From a virus: 64,000 nt of DNA. A program made the position numbers and the translations under genes. Each line of letters starts with the position of its first letter. The stretch's first letter is position 1. Below are positions 37,718 to 47,387 of this stretch, in pieces. Location of the stretch: IMG/VR virus record IMGVR_UViG_3300025598_000021; one strand, given 5' to 3'. The notes beneath the pieces were generated by a model. That model saw only the letters and a list, made by a program, of their open reading frames with translations. It searched no databases and had not been told where the DNA came from.

Positions 37718-38141
37718 TCCTAAGTTCAAGCAGCGTATGGCAGAAAAAGTCAACATAGATAGAAATCATGACGTGCCATACGTTGCTGGTTATTCAAAGG
37801 ATGGTAAGACTATCTTCGTGGATCGTCATCTATTAAAGATGAAAGACGAGCATGATATTGAGCCTTATCTCTTAGTTCATGAGAAGACAGAGAAAGCGCT
37901 TATAGATCTATTTGGATTAGACTATCAGCACGCCCATCATATAGCTATGGAGCAGGAAAAAGAAGCTGTAGCTAAAGGTGGGCTGGAGTGGAGTGCGTAC
38001 GAGAAGCACTATAATAAGTTCATAAAGGGATGTTCACACGAGAAACTTCAAAAGGTGTCATCCAGTCTTGACATGACACCTTATAAAGATGAGAAAGACT
38101 TTAATCTTCTCAGAGATATGGAAAAGCACGAAGTTAAGTAG
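37683..38141 (+). CDS. Hypothetical protein, possibly metal-binding
   Basis: VPYVAGYSKDG; HExxE..YxxAH..A..E motif. Confidence 0.65.
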   Translation: MHSFKIHKYVNDPKFKQRMAEKVNIDRNHDVPYVAGYSKDGKTIFVDRHLLKMKDEHDIEPYLLVHEKTEKALIDLFGLDYQHAHHIAMEQEKEAVAKGGLEWSAYEKHYNKFIKGCSHEKLQKVSSSLDMTPYKDEKDFNLLRDMEKHEVK

Positions 38142-38793
38142 TAAATATTTCTATTACTCTTGCGACATAATCAGATCTATTTTTAACAAACAGCTGTGGT
38201 TCTTCATGATCTACAGCTATCATTATTGCTATCTGTGGAATCGCAATCTTATACATCCATTCGAACATCATAGAATAGACGGTAGTCTGGAGAAAGTAGG
38301 ACTCGATCCACTCTTCTTTCTTTAGTTTGCGAGACGTCTTAAAGTCTATAACTGAAGGCACCCCGTCGAACTCTGCGATGAGATCGCACCTTCCCGCCGT
38401 CTTCAACACTTTAGAATACAGCGGTAGTTCTATACCGAGAAGGTTATCAACATGCTTATCAAGAAGATGTTTAATAGAATGGAAAGCGTCCACACCAGAA
38501 GGCATTCCTCCCTTGATATAATCTTCTTCATTGAGTACGTATCTCTCAGCCATGGAGTGGACTGAGGTACCACGTCTAGCCGCTTGTGTGGAAATCTTAT
38601 TAGCTTGCTCTTCTCCAACTCTCTTCCTCCATTCTAAAAGACCAGTCTTATCGAGCTTTTCACCTAAAACTGTAGTCACCGAACGAAATTTACTTCCGTC
38701 CGGTAACACATAGAATCTTCCATTATCAGTGTTCTCTGTAGTTAGACTTACTTCAGGAACTAAGTTATGCTTGAATATCTTTCTGGTACCCAT
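38134..38793 (-). CDS. PD-(D/E)xK exonuclease (Cas4/lambda-exo-like, conserved in T4-like phages)
   Basis: SVTTVL, RGTSVH, AGRCD, VIDFKTS, YFLQ. Confidence 0.88.
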   Translation of the reverse strand: MGTRKIFKHNLVPEVSLTTENTDNGRFYVLPDGSKFRSVTTVLGEKLDKTGLLEWRKRVGEEQANKISTQAARRGTSVHSMAERYVLNEEDYIKGGMPSGVDAFHSIKHLLDKHVDNLLGIELPLYSKVLKTAGRCDLIAEFDGVPSVIDFKTSRKLKKEEWIESYFLQTTVYSMMFEWMYKIAIPQIAIMIAVDHEEPQLFVKNRSDYVARVIEIFTT

Positions 38794-39415
38794 TAATCAC
38801 CGTATATTTCGCATCCATTCTAGCAGTGGTAATATAATTACCCGGTCTGCTTGGAGATGGTGCTACCCACTGAAGAGCAATAGGACCAATTCCTTTTGCC
38901 AAATAATATCTTGCGCCGGTCGTAGTCTTACCCCAAGATTGTTGATAGACTATAGTAAGAATGTCTAGGTATTTATCGCCGTTGCTCAGAGTGAGCTCAG
39001 GCAGCCAGGACTCCCATATCACCGTCTGCGTCCCAGTCTGAAAGGCCGGAGGATTACACGACAGCGGATCCATCTTAGGGCGATTCTGATAGAAGTTTCC
39101 TATAGTCGCCCACTCACCCCAACCTATAGGTGGGTTCATCACGACCTTTTTGCGGCCGCCAAATAGTCCACCCTTAGGATAATCGTCTCTCCATTCCATT
39201 ATACCCTGTCCTGGAGTATATCTCATATACCAAGTATCCTGCCACTGCATGACAGAATTGTACTCTACATACAGCATGTCTTTCTTATCATCTGATAATA
39301 AGAAGTATGCAACGATGTCGGACATTGATCCATCAACCGCTTTATATGTGAAAGTGCTGATCTTTCCATATTCGGGTGACGGCCAATAAGATGGAACAAA
39401 GTACGTGTTACTCAT
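38765..39415 (-). CDS. Hypothetical Trp-rich protein
   Basis: ORF coupled to phoH; YYLAKGIGPI motif. Confidence 0.7.
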   Translation of the reverse strand: MSNTYFVPSYWPSPEYGKISTFTYKAVDGSMSDIVAYFLLSDDKKDMLYVEYNSVMQWQDTWYMRYTPGQGIMEWRDDYPKGGLFGGRKKVVMNPPIGWGEWATIGNFYQNRPKMDPLSCNPPAFQTGTQTVIWESWLPELTLSNGDKYLDILTIVYQQSWGKTTTGARYYLAKGIGPIALQWVAPSPSRPGNYITTARMDAKYTVINGYQKDIQA

Positions 39416-40176
39416 GTTATGATCTTCATCTTATCTTTAAGAATGATGTACTCTTTAACAAGAGCAGATCTGACAATGTCATCTGCATCAAAATCTATTA
39501 ACTCAAAAGATCTCATTCTCTTTACCACGTGCATGAAGTCTGTTAGACCATTCTTCTCATGCTCTCTAGTAAAGTCAGTCTGTCTAAAGTCGCCACAGAA
39601 TATAATCTTACAGTTATGGCCAATACGCGTGATGACAGAGTCTAACTCGTGTAGTGTGGCGTTCTGCATCTCATCGACAATGACTATACAGTCATTCAGC
39701 GTAATACCTCTGATGAACGAGGTAGATATAAACTCAATTAAACCCTTACTCTTTAAATACTCATAAGAGTCTCCGCGGCCAAACAACTCAGTACATATAG
39801 CATAGTATGGGGCTTCATACACTTTGGTCTTCTCTTTAGTATTACCTGGAAGAAAACCCATGTCTCTAGTTGGAACAACAGTACGAACTATAACTATCTT
39901 TTTATAGAGTTCAGAACCGCTTAATATCTGTTTAAGAGAAAGGTACATAGATAAGAAAGATTTACCGGTACCAGCAATCCCATGTAGCATGAGATTCTTT
40001 TCGTCTTCAAACGCGTTAAACGTCAATCTTTGATTGTCAGTTAGCGGTTCTATGTTTTTAAGTCTATAGTTTAACTTTTCTTGATAGTTGTCTTTTTGTT
40101 GATGATGATCGTTTCCTTGTCTAAGAAGTCTCTTTTCCCTGCGCGTTAATCTTCTTGTTCTTGGTTCGTCTTCCAT
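39412..40176 (-). CDS. phoH: PhoH-family ATPase
   Basis: GIAGTGKS, MGFLPG, FIRGITL, VDEMQN, CGDFRQTD, DIVRSALV. Confidence 0.95.
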   Translation of the reverse strand: MEDEPRTRRLTRREKRLLRQGNDHHQQKDNYQEKLNYRLKNIEPLTDNQRLTFNAFEDEKNLMLHGIAGTGKSFLSMYLSLKQILSGSELYKKIVIVRTVVPTRDMGFLPGNTKEKTKVYEAPYYAICTELFGRGDSYEYLKSKGLIEFISTSFIRGITLNDCIVIVDEMQNATLHELDSVITRIGHNCKIIFCGDFRQTDFTREHEKNGLTDFMHVVKRMRSFELIDFDADDIVRSALVKEYIILKDKMKIIT

Positions 40177-40187
40177 TACTGCCCTTA

Positions 40188-40430
40188 CTAAAACGTATTC
40201 ACGGTGCTCCTTGTAAAACCTTTAGAATGCTCTTTCTTAATATTTTTAAGCAAGTCACGGAAACCCGCGTCGGGTTTTGCCATACCTCTGCCAGAAGAGA
40301 TCAAAGGAGCTCCGTTTACTAGTTGAGTGACATTTGGATTTTCATCCAAATACGTATCAAGTGCGGAGATCGACATGAACTCCTCATACTCTTCACCGGT
40401 GTCATTGTTTAGAAACTTGTAAGTAGGCAT
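40188..40430 (-). CDS. Conserved small phage protein (FmdB-like MPTY start)
   Basis: MPTYKFLNNDTGEEYEEFMSIS. Confidence 0.75.
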   Translation of the reverse strand: MPTYKFLNNDTGEEYEEFMSISALDTYLDENPNVTQLVNGAPLISSGRGMAKPDAGFRDLLKNIKKEHSKGFTRSTVNTF

Positions 40431-40658
40431 TTAAACGCTCGTCGAGTCTAGATATGGTTTCTTTATAGAAGTCGCGTCGAGCGGCTTCTTCTTAGCCATG
40501 TGAGAATTCTTTCCCATCGTGCCAACGACCATAGGTGCGCCGTTGATGAGAACTTGAACGTGAGGGTACTTCTCGATCTTTGCTTCCATCTCAGAGATCG
40601 TCATGAACTCTTCCCACTCTTCTTGTGTCTGTGTGTTAAGTAGTCTGTAAATAGGCAT
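40431..40658 (-). CDS. Tandem paralog of 40188-40430
   Basis: MPIYRLLNTQTQEEWEEFMTIS..LINGAP. Confidence 0.7.
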   Translation of the reverse strand: MPIYRLLNTQTQEEWEEFMTISEMEAKIEKYPHVQVLINGAPMVVGTMGKNSHMAKKKPLDATSIKKPYLDSTSV

Positions 40659-40858
40659 TACTTTTCAAACCAATCTTTGTCGTATTCTTCGTTGTAATCG
40701 TCTTCAGCTTCTAGAAGCTCATCGATGTTCTTAGTGCGAAGAGCGTGCTCTACTCTTTTTTCTTTTCTCTTTACGAGATACGCACTCGTCGAATGATTAA
40801 ACTCTTCATTCTCGCTGAAGTCATTCTTTCTAAATTTCTTCAAAGTCGATTTACTCAT
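40658..40858 (-). CDS. Hypothetical protein
   Basis: Overlaps both neighbours; ALRTKNIDEL. Confidence 0.65.
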   Translation of the reverse strand: MSKSTLKKFRKNDFSENEEFNHSTSAYLVKRKEKRVEHALRTKNIDELLEAEDDYNEEYDKDWFEK

Positions 40859-41267
40859 TGATTAACCCCGGTAGTCCTTCTTTTACATGTTGAAGTGTGA
40901 TACCGTTGAACGGCATCTTCTTGTCTTTAATAGCACATAATAGTTTTGCGTCGTTTGGATCTACTCTCTCAAGTAGCTCGATAAACATAGTCTCACGCTT
41001 GTTCTGGTTGAGCGTGTCATGAAAGCCTTTAATATAGTAGCGAAGTTTTTCACACTCTTTGATTAGAACGTGTTGCTGGTCTACGAGGTCGTTTGGCTTG
41101 TATGGAGGCTCACCGGGAGGAAGAAGCCACTCGACACTTGGATCGAACGCGCCCTGTAGAATAATACGTAAGGGTAAACTATCATTGTGTTTAATCGCGT
41201 CGATCTTCTCTTGTGTTCTTTTTAATTTTGACACTTTCTCGAGAAATTCATATAGACTAATTACCAT
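40851..41267 (-). CDS. Conserved T4-like hypothetical protein
   Basis: WLLPPGEPPYKPN, KRETMFIELLE, AIKDK; downstream of rnh. Confidence 0.8.
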   Translation of the reverse strand: MVISLYEFLEKVSKLKRTQEKIDAIKHNDSLPLRIILQGAFDPSVEWLLPPGEPPYKPNDLVDQQHVLIKECEKLRYYIKGFHDTLNQNKRETMFIELLERVDPNDAKLLCAIKDKKMPFNGITLQHVKEGLPGLINE

Positions 41268-41277
41268 CTAACTCTCC

Positions 41278-42138
41278 TTAAAATTCACTGATGTATTCAG
41301 CTAGGTTCTTTAGCTTGTTGACTATAAAATAATTCATTAGTTTTGAGCGATCTTTACCGACCTGCTCATTGTACTGATTCAATACTTTTTCTTTGATTTC
41401 GTTTGGGATGTAACTTAGATCGATAAGTTGTCTATTACGACAGAAGTTGCGATATGTTTTCTCGTCGTAGTCTTTTCCCGGAATACTATTTAATAGCTGC
41501 TCCATCTTTTTAGCGGTCATTGGTTTCTGCCTCGTACCGACGACAAAACAGTTATCGTCTGAGAGTACGTTTGGAACACCATCGCCAGCATCACCCTTCA
41601 TGATATGCTCACTTAAGAACCTATCCGGATCATTATGGCTAATGACTTTCTTTCTGACTGGATCATATTGACTAACATTAGCAAACTTATGAAGCTGTAT
41701 AAAATCTTTATCTCCTGATAGGATGAGGATCTTCATACCGGTATTTATATTCTGACCAAATTCAGCCACGAGAGTGCCAATAATGTCGTCAGCCTCAGCA
41801 GACTCAACGTCTATTACCCTATAAGGAAAGAACTCTTTGAGCTCAGCCCTGATCTTGTTCATGCACTCGAAGATATCTTTCCAGTTTAATTCTGACTCGG
41901 CTATGGCTTTCTTACGGTTAGCCTTGTAGTATGGAAACAGCTGCTTGCGCCAGTAGTTGGTGTTGTCACACGCTATTACCAGTTCTCCATACTCTGCTGA
42001 GAACTTCTGCTTATACGAGCGTATGGAGTTTAGTACCATATGTCTAACCATCGCCTCTTCCACGTGGGCATTTAGATGGTTACCAAGCTGAACCATAAGA
42101 TTGGACAGCATCACCTGATTCAAATCGACGATAATCAC
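41278..42138 (-). CDS. rnh: RNase H / 5'-3' exonuclease (T4 rnh)
   Basis: YWRKQLFPYYKANR, EADDIIG, SGDKDFIQL, GDAGDGVPN. Confidence 0.95.
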   Translation of the reverse strand: MIIVDLNQVMLSNLMVQLGNHLNAHVEEAMVRHMVLNSIRSYKQKFSAEYGELVIACDNTNYWRKQLFPYYKANRKKAIAESELNWKDIFECMNKIRAELKEFFPYRVIDVESAEADDIIGTLVAEFGQNINTGMKILILSGDKDFIQLHKFANVSQYDPVRKKVISHNDPDRFLSEHIMKGDAGDGVPNVLSDDNCFVVGTRQKPMTAKKMEQLLNSIPGKDYDEKTYRNFCRNRQLIDLSYIPNEIKEKVLNQYNEQVGKDRSKLMNYFIVNKLKNLAEYISEF

Positions 42139-42139
42139 T

Positions 42140-42520
42140 TTATTCCTCGCTTTTGTGTTCTTTCAGATCTATAGTTATACTATCTGCTATCTTAAGAGCA
42201 CCCTCTTCATCCGCATCGTCTAAGAATATATTTTCAGTTATTTTCTGAAACGGATGATATATATCATAGTGTTTACACAACATCGATCGTAGAGCCTCTA
42301 CGAAGAAAGCCCCGTCCTTGATATCTGTCTCTAGATCTTCTTCGTCTGGATAAAACCCAGCGATGTCCAGATGAGTAAAGATAATTGGAATGATGGTGGC
42401 GATGGTCTCTTGAATGTGATAGAGATTCATCTGCTCGACGTTGTGGTCGATCTCATCTATAGAGATCATCCTACTTAGATTCTTATTTTCTTTTGGAAAG
42501 AGGATTACATTGTTGCTCAT
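42140..42520 (-). CDS. Hypothetical protein
   Basis: MSNNVILFP start; HPFQ motif. Confidence 0.7.
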   Translation of the reverse strand: MSNNVILFPKENKNLSRMISIDEIDHNVEQMNLYHIQETIATIIPIIFTHLDIAGFYPDEEDLETDIKDGAFFVEALRSMLCKHYDIYHPFQKITENIFLDDADEEGALKIADSITIDLKEHKSEE

Positions 42521-42526
42521 GATTAT

Positions 42527-42555
42527 ATTATACCATATTTTCCATTAATTGTAAA
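42527..42555 (-). promoter_or_regulatory. sigma70-type promoter, possibly giving a leaderless mRNA
   Basis: TTTACA-N17-TATAAT, with the ATG only 6 nt after the -10 box. Confidence 0.65.
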
Positions 42556-42561
42556 TTATAT

Positions 42562-43203
42562 TTATAGTCTTTCATAGTTTCTTACGTCGTCTACGACTTT
42601 GATATTAGTTACTAGTGCTAGTAGATCTGTGTGAGAGAAGTTTAACTCTGTAGTGTGAAATACATATGCTGGGTGTATAATAAAAGTACCAGCATATGGT
42701 CTTATAGCGTGTAACATGTTGTGATTAAGATATCTACTACGCTGTGGTATAGGATCTAAGAGATGGAGACGGTTTCCTGCCATCTTTTGATGTGTTTTTT
42801 CACCTTCTTTAGTAAGGCATTCTCCTACTTGCACGAACAGAACTGCTACGTAGTCCACTGATCTATGTGTATGTGGTTTAGAATACTGTAAATGCTTAAA
42901 CTTTCTTAAATTAGTAATTGCTTCAAACACTATTTTTTCTGGATCAAAGAATCCTTCAGATTTAGCCATCTCTAGCATGCGATCTTTTAGCATCTTCTTA
43001 AATAGTTGACAAGAAGGACGAGGATCGGACAATAGATTATAAGAAGTTTCTGGATTTTTACGCATCTCTTTTGGTAGATGCGCCTCAGGGTGAAGAGATT
43101 CATACTCTTCGCCAATATCTATTATATCCTTTATAAATTCAGGTGTAACTTCTGCAGCGTATTTTTCGTAAAGAAGATTAGTTTCCCATAGATTTCTAAT
43201 CAT
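42562..43203 (-). CDS. Putative 2OG-Fe(II) oxygenase / cupin
   Basis: PHTH..YVAVLFV..GTFIIHPAYVFHTT; ATGA overlap with gmhA. Confidence 0.6.
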   Translation of the reverse strand: MIRNLWETNLLYEKYAAEVTPEFIKDIIDIGEEYESLHPEAHLPKEMRKNPETSYNLLSDPRPSCQLFKKMLKDRMLEMAKSEGFFDPEKIVFEAITNLRKFKHLQYSKPHTHRSVDYVAVLFVQVGECLTKEGEKTHQKMAGNRLHLLDPIPQRSRYLNHNMLHAIRPYAGTFIIHPAYVFHTTELNFSHTDLLALVTNIKVVDDVRNYERL

Positions 43204-43787
43204 AGTTTTAAGCTCTTTAAATCCTTTACTGTAAACTGCTTTCTCATATACTGAGCCATGGCATGCATTAGGATCTGATGACAGTCTTCAACGACGCCAT
43301 AGTTATTAGACTTAACATGAACTATATGATCTGCAAGATTTCTTCTTAGAATCTGACCGCCATCAAATCCGACGAACGCGATGGTGGTATACTCTTCATA
43401 CTTTGCCTGCTCTAGAGCTTTAATGATGTTCGGAGAGCTACCTGAAGAAGTAATAGCAACTACCGTGGCTAGGTCTGACTGGTGATACTCGATCTGCTTA
43501 GAGAACACCTGCTCATAACTCATATCGTTAGCGATCGCGGTCATTAGAGCCATGTTGCTTGCTAGATTAGTGACGTTTGGCCAGATGTACGTGTCTTCAC
43601 CGACGCCCTTAGTATGGTCGCACGACCAGTGTTCTGCGATAGCCGCTGATCCACCGTTACCGATTGTGAGGATTTGTTTTCTTTGTTTAGCGCATTCTAC
43701 GATGTGGTCTGTTACAGTTTTTAATACGACTTCATCGACCGTATCGAGAGCCTCGTCAATCATCTTCTGATATTCTTTAAACATCAA
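43200..43787 (-). CDS. gmhA: Sedoheptulose-7-phosphate isomerase (SIS)
   Basis: GNGGSAAIAEH, TAIAND, TSSGSSPNI, GFDGG, VEDCH. Confidence 0.9.
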   Translation of the reverse strand: MMFKEYQKMIDEALDTVDEVVLKTVTDHIVECAKQRKQILTIGNGGSAAIAEHWSCDHTKGVGEDTYIWPNVTNLASNMALMTAIANDMSYEQVFSKQIEYHQSDLATVVAITSSGSSPNIIKALEQAKYEEYTTIAFVGFDGGQILRRNLADHIVHVKSNNYGVVEDCHQILMHAMAQYMRKQFTVKDLKSLKL

Positions 43788-44758
43788 ATAGTCTCCAGAG
43801 TAGATCCATGTTTGGCAAACCTGAACTTAAATCTCTCGTGCTGCTTCATAGCTTCATTCACTCTATTCTTGTATTTATCAGGAACATAGACTAGCAAGTA
43901 TCCACCTCCACCTGCGCCTAGAATCTTTCCACCAAGCGCGCCGTTACGCATGGCTTTGTCATACATCTCATCGATATGCGGATTACTTACGTTATCTGAC
44001 AACTTCTTCTTTATCTGCCAGCCCTGATCAAGTAGACTTCCAAAGTCATCTATCTTCTTCTTTTGCAGCAGTTTAACAGACGTCTTAGCTAGTTCTACCA
44101 TAGACTTCGTCTGCTCTATATTGACGTTGTTCTTTAAGTTTTCAACCTGTTTTGTTAAAACAGAAGAAGCTTGTCTGTTTATGCCGGTGTTAAAAGCTAG
44201 TAGATTACTATCGAGCTCATACATGGCGCTTGGATCGATATCTACAGGCTTAATTCTAGTCTCATTGCCGTGGAAGTATATCGTATTAAACCCGCCATAA
44301 GCAGCCGCATACTGATCCTGCTTGCCGATTGGTTCATTGCATCTTACTATCTCGATGTACGAAGCAAGTTCAGCGAGCTCTTTGTGATCTATGTTCTTGT
44401 TGTGTATGATTCTATAGACAGCGTTTATTAGTCCTACAGTAAATGTGGACGAAGACCCTAGTCCCGTTCCTTTGGTGGGAACGTCTGAGAACGACGCTAT
44501 CTCAATGTTTGATGGGAATTCAAAATGTTTAAGAGTCTCTCTGACCCTGTCGTGTTTAACGTCTTCTAATTTATCGGTCTGCTCTAGTACCGAATAGATG
44601 ACCCTGATATGATTTGCGACACAGCGATTAACAGCCAGATATATGTAGCTATTAATCGCTGTAGATACGACCATTCCCTCGTTGTTCTCATAGAACTGTG
44701 GAATGTCAGAACCTCCTCCAAAGAAGGAGATTCTGAGTGGTGTTTTTGTTACGATCAT
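43784..44758 (-). CDS. hddA: D-glycero-D-manno-heptose-7-phosphate kinase (GHMP)
   Basis: TPLRISFFGGGSD, GTGLGSSS, GKQDQYAAAYGG, GGKILGAGGGG. Confidence 0.9.
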   Translation of the reverse strand: MIVTKTPLRISFFGGGSDIPQFYENNEGMVVSTAINSYIYLAVNRCVANHIRVIYSVLEQTDKLEDVKHDRVRETLKHFEFPSNIEIASFSDVPTKGTGLGSSSTFTVGLINAVYRIIHNKNIDHKELAELASYIEIVRCNEPIGKQDQYAAAYGGFNTIYFHGNETRIKPVDIDPSAMYELDSNLLAFNTGINRQASSVLTKQVENLKNNVNIEQTKSMVELAKTSVKLLQKKKIDDFGSLLDQGWQIKKKLSDNVSNPHIDEMYDKAMRNGALGGKILGAGGGGYLLVYVPDKYKNRVNEAMKQHERFKFRFAKHGSTLETI

Positions 44759-45747
44759 GTTCTATACGTAAACATCTCTGATGGGGTCTTTCTAGACTCT
44801 GCGGTAGGATACTGTTCTCTCAGCTCAAGCATGAGTGACTCCCACTGCGCGCTTATCTTCTTTAGATTGAATCGCGTATCAGCATATGCCTTAACAAACT
44901 TCATATAGTTCTGAAGATCAGGGTTATTCACCTCCTGAATAGCCTTGTCAAGGTACTTATAAAACGTCTGTGCGTGCTCTTCTGGCTTCTGACTAAACTG
45001 ATACATGAACGTCGTACCACCAGAAGTATCAGGAAGCGCGGCTAGGTTTGGATGAACTGCAAGTAGTCCAGCAGACATCGATTCAATTAGTACCCTACAA
45101 GACGTCTCAGGCCATACGCACGGGTAGGCAAGAATATGCGCTTTCTGAATATGCTCTTTAAGCTTCTCCTGCGGGGCAAAGCCGTGGTATGTCATATTTG
45201 GATGGTTGCGAATTTTGTCGTACAGGGGTTCAAAGTGCTGATCTGCCTCGTCCCAGCCGTAGATCTTAAAACTAGAGAACACGTCAAGATGAACGTTCTT
45301 GTGCTTCTGCGCTAGCGCGTCTACTACAGGAATCAACAGTTCTAGACCGCGTTGTGGGGTAGAGAAATAGATCAAATTTACTTTATCTGGATCTTTTGCT
45401 ACGAGCTCAATAGGTTCGACCGGGGTCTCAATGACCTGAACCTTTGAGTCTAGCGGGATACCGAGTCTATTATTAAACTCCTGAAGCTGCCAGTTAGAGC
45501 TGAACACCATCTTATGAAAACGATTTCTGCTGTTTTCTTCTTTAAAGTGCGCGCACTCAGGATCGTGAGCGAGGTCGTGAGCCCAATAGATTCTAATCTT
45601 ATCTTCTTCTAGATCTCTAATACGAGAAGGCACGATCTGAAATTCTTTTCCTAGCTCTTCAGGAATATACTTACCGATGCTTCTCTTTGTAATCTCAGTG
45701 CCGCCGTGAGACTTAGCAGAGATTTCATTTTCTTCAACGAACGCCAT
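44755..45747 (-). CDS. GT-B (GT4-like) glycosyltransferase
   Basis: HGGTE, WAHD, STPQRGL, AYPCVWPETSCRVLIESMSAG (E-x7-E); GGAG RBS before the ATG at 45747. Confidence 0.88.
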   Translation of the reverse strand: MAFVEENEISAKSHGGTEITKRSIGKYIPEELGKEFQIVPSRIRDLEEDKIRIYWAHDLAHDPECAHFKEENSRNRFHKMVFSSNWQLQEFNNRLGIPLDSKVQVIETPVEPIELVAKDPDKVNLIYFSTPQRGLELLIPVVDALAQKHKNVHLDVFSSFKIYGWDEADQHFEPLYDKIRNHPNMTYHGFAPQEKLKEHIQKAHILAYPCVWPETSCRVLIESMSAGLLAVHPNLAALPDTSGGTTFMYQFSQKPEEHAQTFYKYLDKAIQEVNNPDLQNYMKFVKAYADTRFNLKKISAQWESLMLELREQYPTAESRKTPSEMFTYRT

Positions 45748-46294
45748 TCTTAAACTCCATTTCAATTATAGCAACTGCGGCGGCTAAATCCGACGCGACA
45801 TGATAAGGTTCACTCATATCTATATATTCTTCTGGTGGATCATACGCGTGTTCGTTACCGACTAGTATTGTCGTCAGCATACACTTGTTTCCTGGAACGA
45901 TGTCTTTCCATCTATCACCGATCATATAACTACCCTGAGAATTGATCTCATAGATGCGCATGAGTGAGTCGATCATACCCGTGTTTGGCTTATAAAGATT
46001 AGTATCTTTCTTAAGCGCGTATAACACGTGATTCACACCTAGTTCTTCTTCAAGATATTCGCAGATAGAGTCAAGCTCTACTATAAACATCTCACCGTCT
46101 AATACGCCAGGCTGATTTGTCACTACGAACACAGAAAAGCCCATGTCTTTTAATCGTGTAATCGATTCTTTGACATGTGGATATAGTCTATCTTTAAATT
46201 CAGCGAGCGTCCATGGTGAAGTCATTCTGCCGTCTGATCTTAGCACTAGACTATTGATTACACCATCTTTATCTAAAAATACGGCTTTGCACAT
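45734..46294 (-). CDS. gmhB: Heptose-1,7-bisphosphate phosphatase (HAD)
   Basis: FLDKDGVIN, VVTNQPG, YKPNTGM, MIGDRWKD. Confidence 0.88.
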   Translation of the reverse strand: MCKAVFLDKDGVINSLVLRSDGRMTSPWTLAEFKDRLYPHVKESITRLKDMGFSVFVVTNQPGVLDGEMFIVELDSICEYLEEELGVNHVLYALKKDTNLYKPNTGMIDSLMRIYEINSQGSYMIGDRWKDIVPGNKCMLTTILVGNEHAYDPPEEYIDMSEPYHVASDLAAAVAIIEMEFKNGVR

Positions 46295-46695
46295 CTGTTT
46301 CTCAGTTCTGTAGTTGAATAGCTGTGGTATCTGTCTAAGAATACTATATCGATATTTCTAATTTTACAGATATCTATGCCAGTTATTGGTTTATTCCTAT
46401 CAGAATAGTCAGCGCCAATAAACCTCTTTTGAAGATCTAGCAAAGATAATATATTGACTAGATCTTTTTCTGTGTCATATGGGATAATATTATCCACACA
46501 CTTGAGTGCGCTAAGCTGAACATATCTCTCAAATACAGTCTGAGAGGGCTTGTTCTTTGAGTAGGGTCTATCTACAGTCGGATCAGTATGTAGACCAACA
46601 TTAAGCCAGTCACAATTATCTCTTGCTTCTGTAAGCATGGCGATGTGACCTACGTGTAGAAGATCAAACGCCCCAAAAGTTATACCTACTATCAT
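46273..46695 (-). CDS. HIGH-motif nucleotidyltransferase (TagD/HldC-like)
   Basis: GAFDLLHVGH, GLHTD, GADY, YSTTELR. Confidence 0.88.
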   Translation of the reverse strand: MIVGITFGAFDLLHVGHIAMLTEARDNCDWLNVGLHTDPTVDRPYSKNKPSQTVFERYVQLSALKCVDNIIPYDTEKDLVNILSLLDLQKRFIGADYSDRNKPITGIDICKIRNIDIVFLDRYHSYSTTELRNRCAKPYF

Positions 46696-46705
46696 GTTTA
46701 TCTTT

Positions 46706-46984
46706 CTAGTAGTTATCTATCACCTGTACGTATTCTACAGAATCGACGCGAAACGATCTCCAACCTGCGTTCTGCAGATCCCATACCGCAAGTACGTCTT
46801 TATTCTGCGTATGAAAATCTTTCACCTTTGGCGCTTCTGAGTTCGTATAAGACTCAGGAAGCACGTCCGGACGAAGCGAGCATCTCATAGCTCTCTTCTC
46901 ACCATTCACTTTAGTAAAATAGACCTCACACACGTTTTCAGTGAGATCGTTTAAGAGTACGTCGCGATCATATTTAACAGTCAT
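46706..46984 (-). CDS. WYL_2 / Sm-like beta-barrel conserved phage protein
   Basis: FTKVNGEKRAMRCSL, VWDLQNAGWRSFR; GGAG RBS. Confidence 0.75.
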   Translation of the reverse strand: MTVKYDRDVLLNDLTENVCEVYFTKVNGEKRAMRCSLRPDVLPESYTNSEAPKVKDFHTQNKDVLAVWDLQNAGWRSFRVDSVEYVQVIDNY

Positions 46985-46985
46985 T

Positions 46986-47258
46986 TTAAGCTCCAAAATA
47001 GTCTTCAACTAGAAGCTTGCGATTGTCTAGTCTCTCTTCGGTGATGCACTTGAACAGCTGCTCATAGCCACCGATATTCATACCATCGATGACGATCACC
47101 GGGAAAGTCTTAGCTTCTGGAAACTTTGATAGAAGAATCTCTCGAGTAAAGTCTTCATTAAGCTTGTACTCAAAGAAATCTTTACCGTGTGTGTTTAACA
47201 GCTGCTTAGCCTTCACACAGTTAGGACAACCGTCTTTTGAATAGATCTCAATAGCCAT
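46986..47258 (-). CDS. Glutaredoxin
   Basis: CPNC, TFPVI, IGGY. Confidence 0.92.
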   Translation of the reverse strand: MAIEIYSKDGCPNCVKAKQLLNTHGKDFFEYKLNEDFTREILLSKFPEAKTFPVIVIDGMNIGGYEQLFKCITEERLDNRKLLVEDYFGA

Positions 47259-47364
47259 TGAAATACGCCTCCCAATACTCTCTAATGGACGTGATCAACT
47301 TAGGATCATATCCCTTCGAAGCCATATCATTCTCTACTAAAATTTCTAGATCACTCTTCCACAT
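47248..47364 (-). CDS. Small hypothetical protein (38 aa, absent from the ORF track)
   Basis: GGAG RBS; MWKSDLEILVENDMASKGYDPKLITSIREYWEAYFNGY. Confidence 0.6.
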   Translation of the reverse strand: MWKSDLEILVENDMASKGYDPKLITSIREYWEAYFNGY

Positions 47365-47387
47365 ATATTTCTCCATATTTAGACCTG

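Noticed and set aside
38134-38793. Cas4-like nuclease as a sign of CRISPR-Cas
   Set aside because: No repeat-spacer array or other cas genes seen; this exonuclease is a usual phoH neighbour in T4-like phages.
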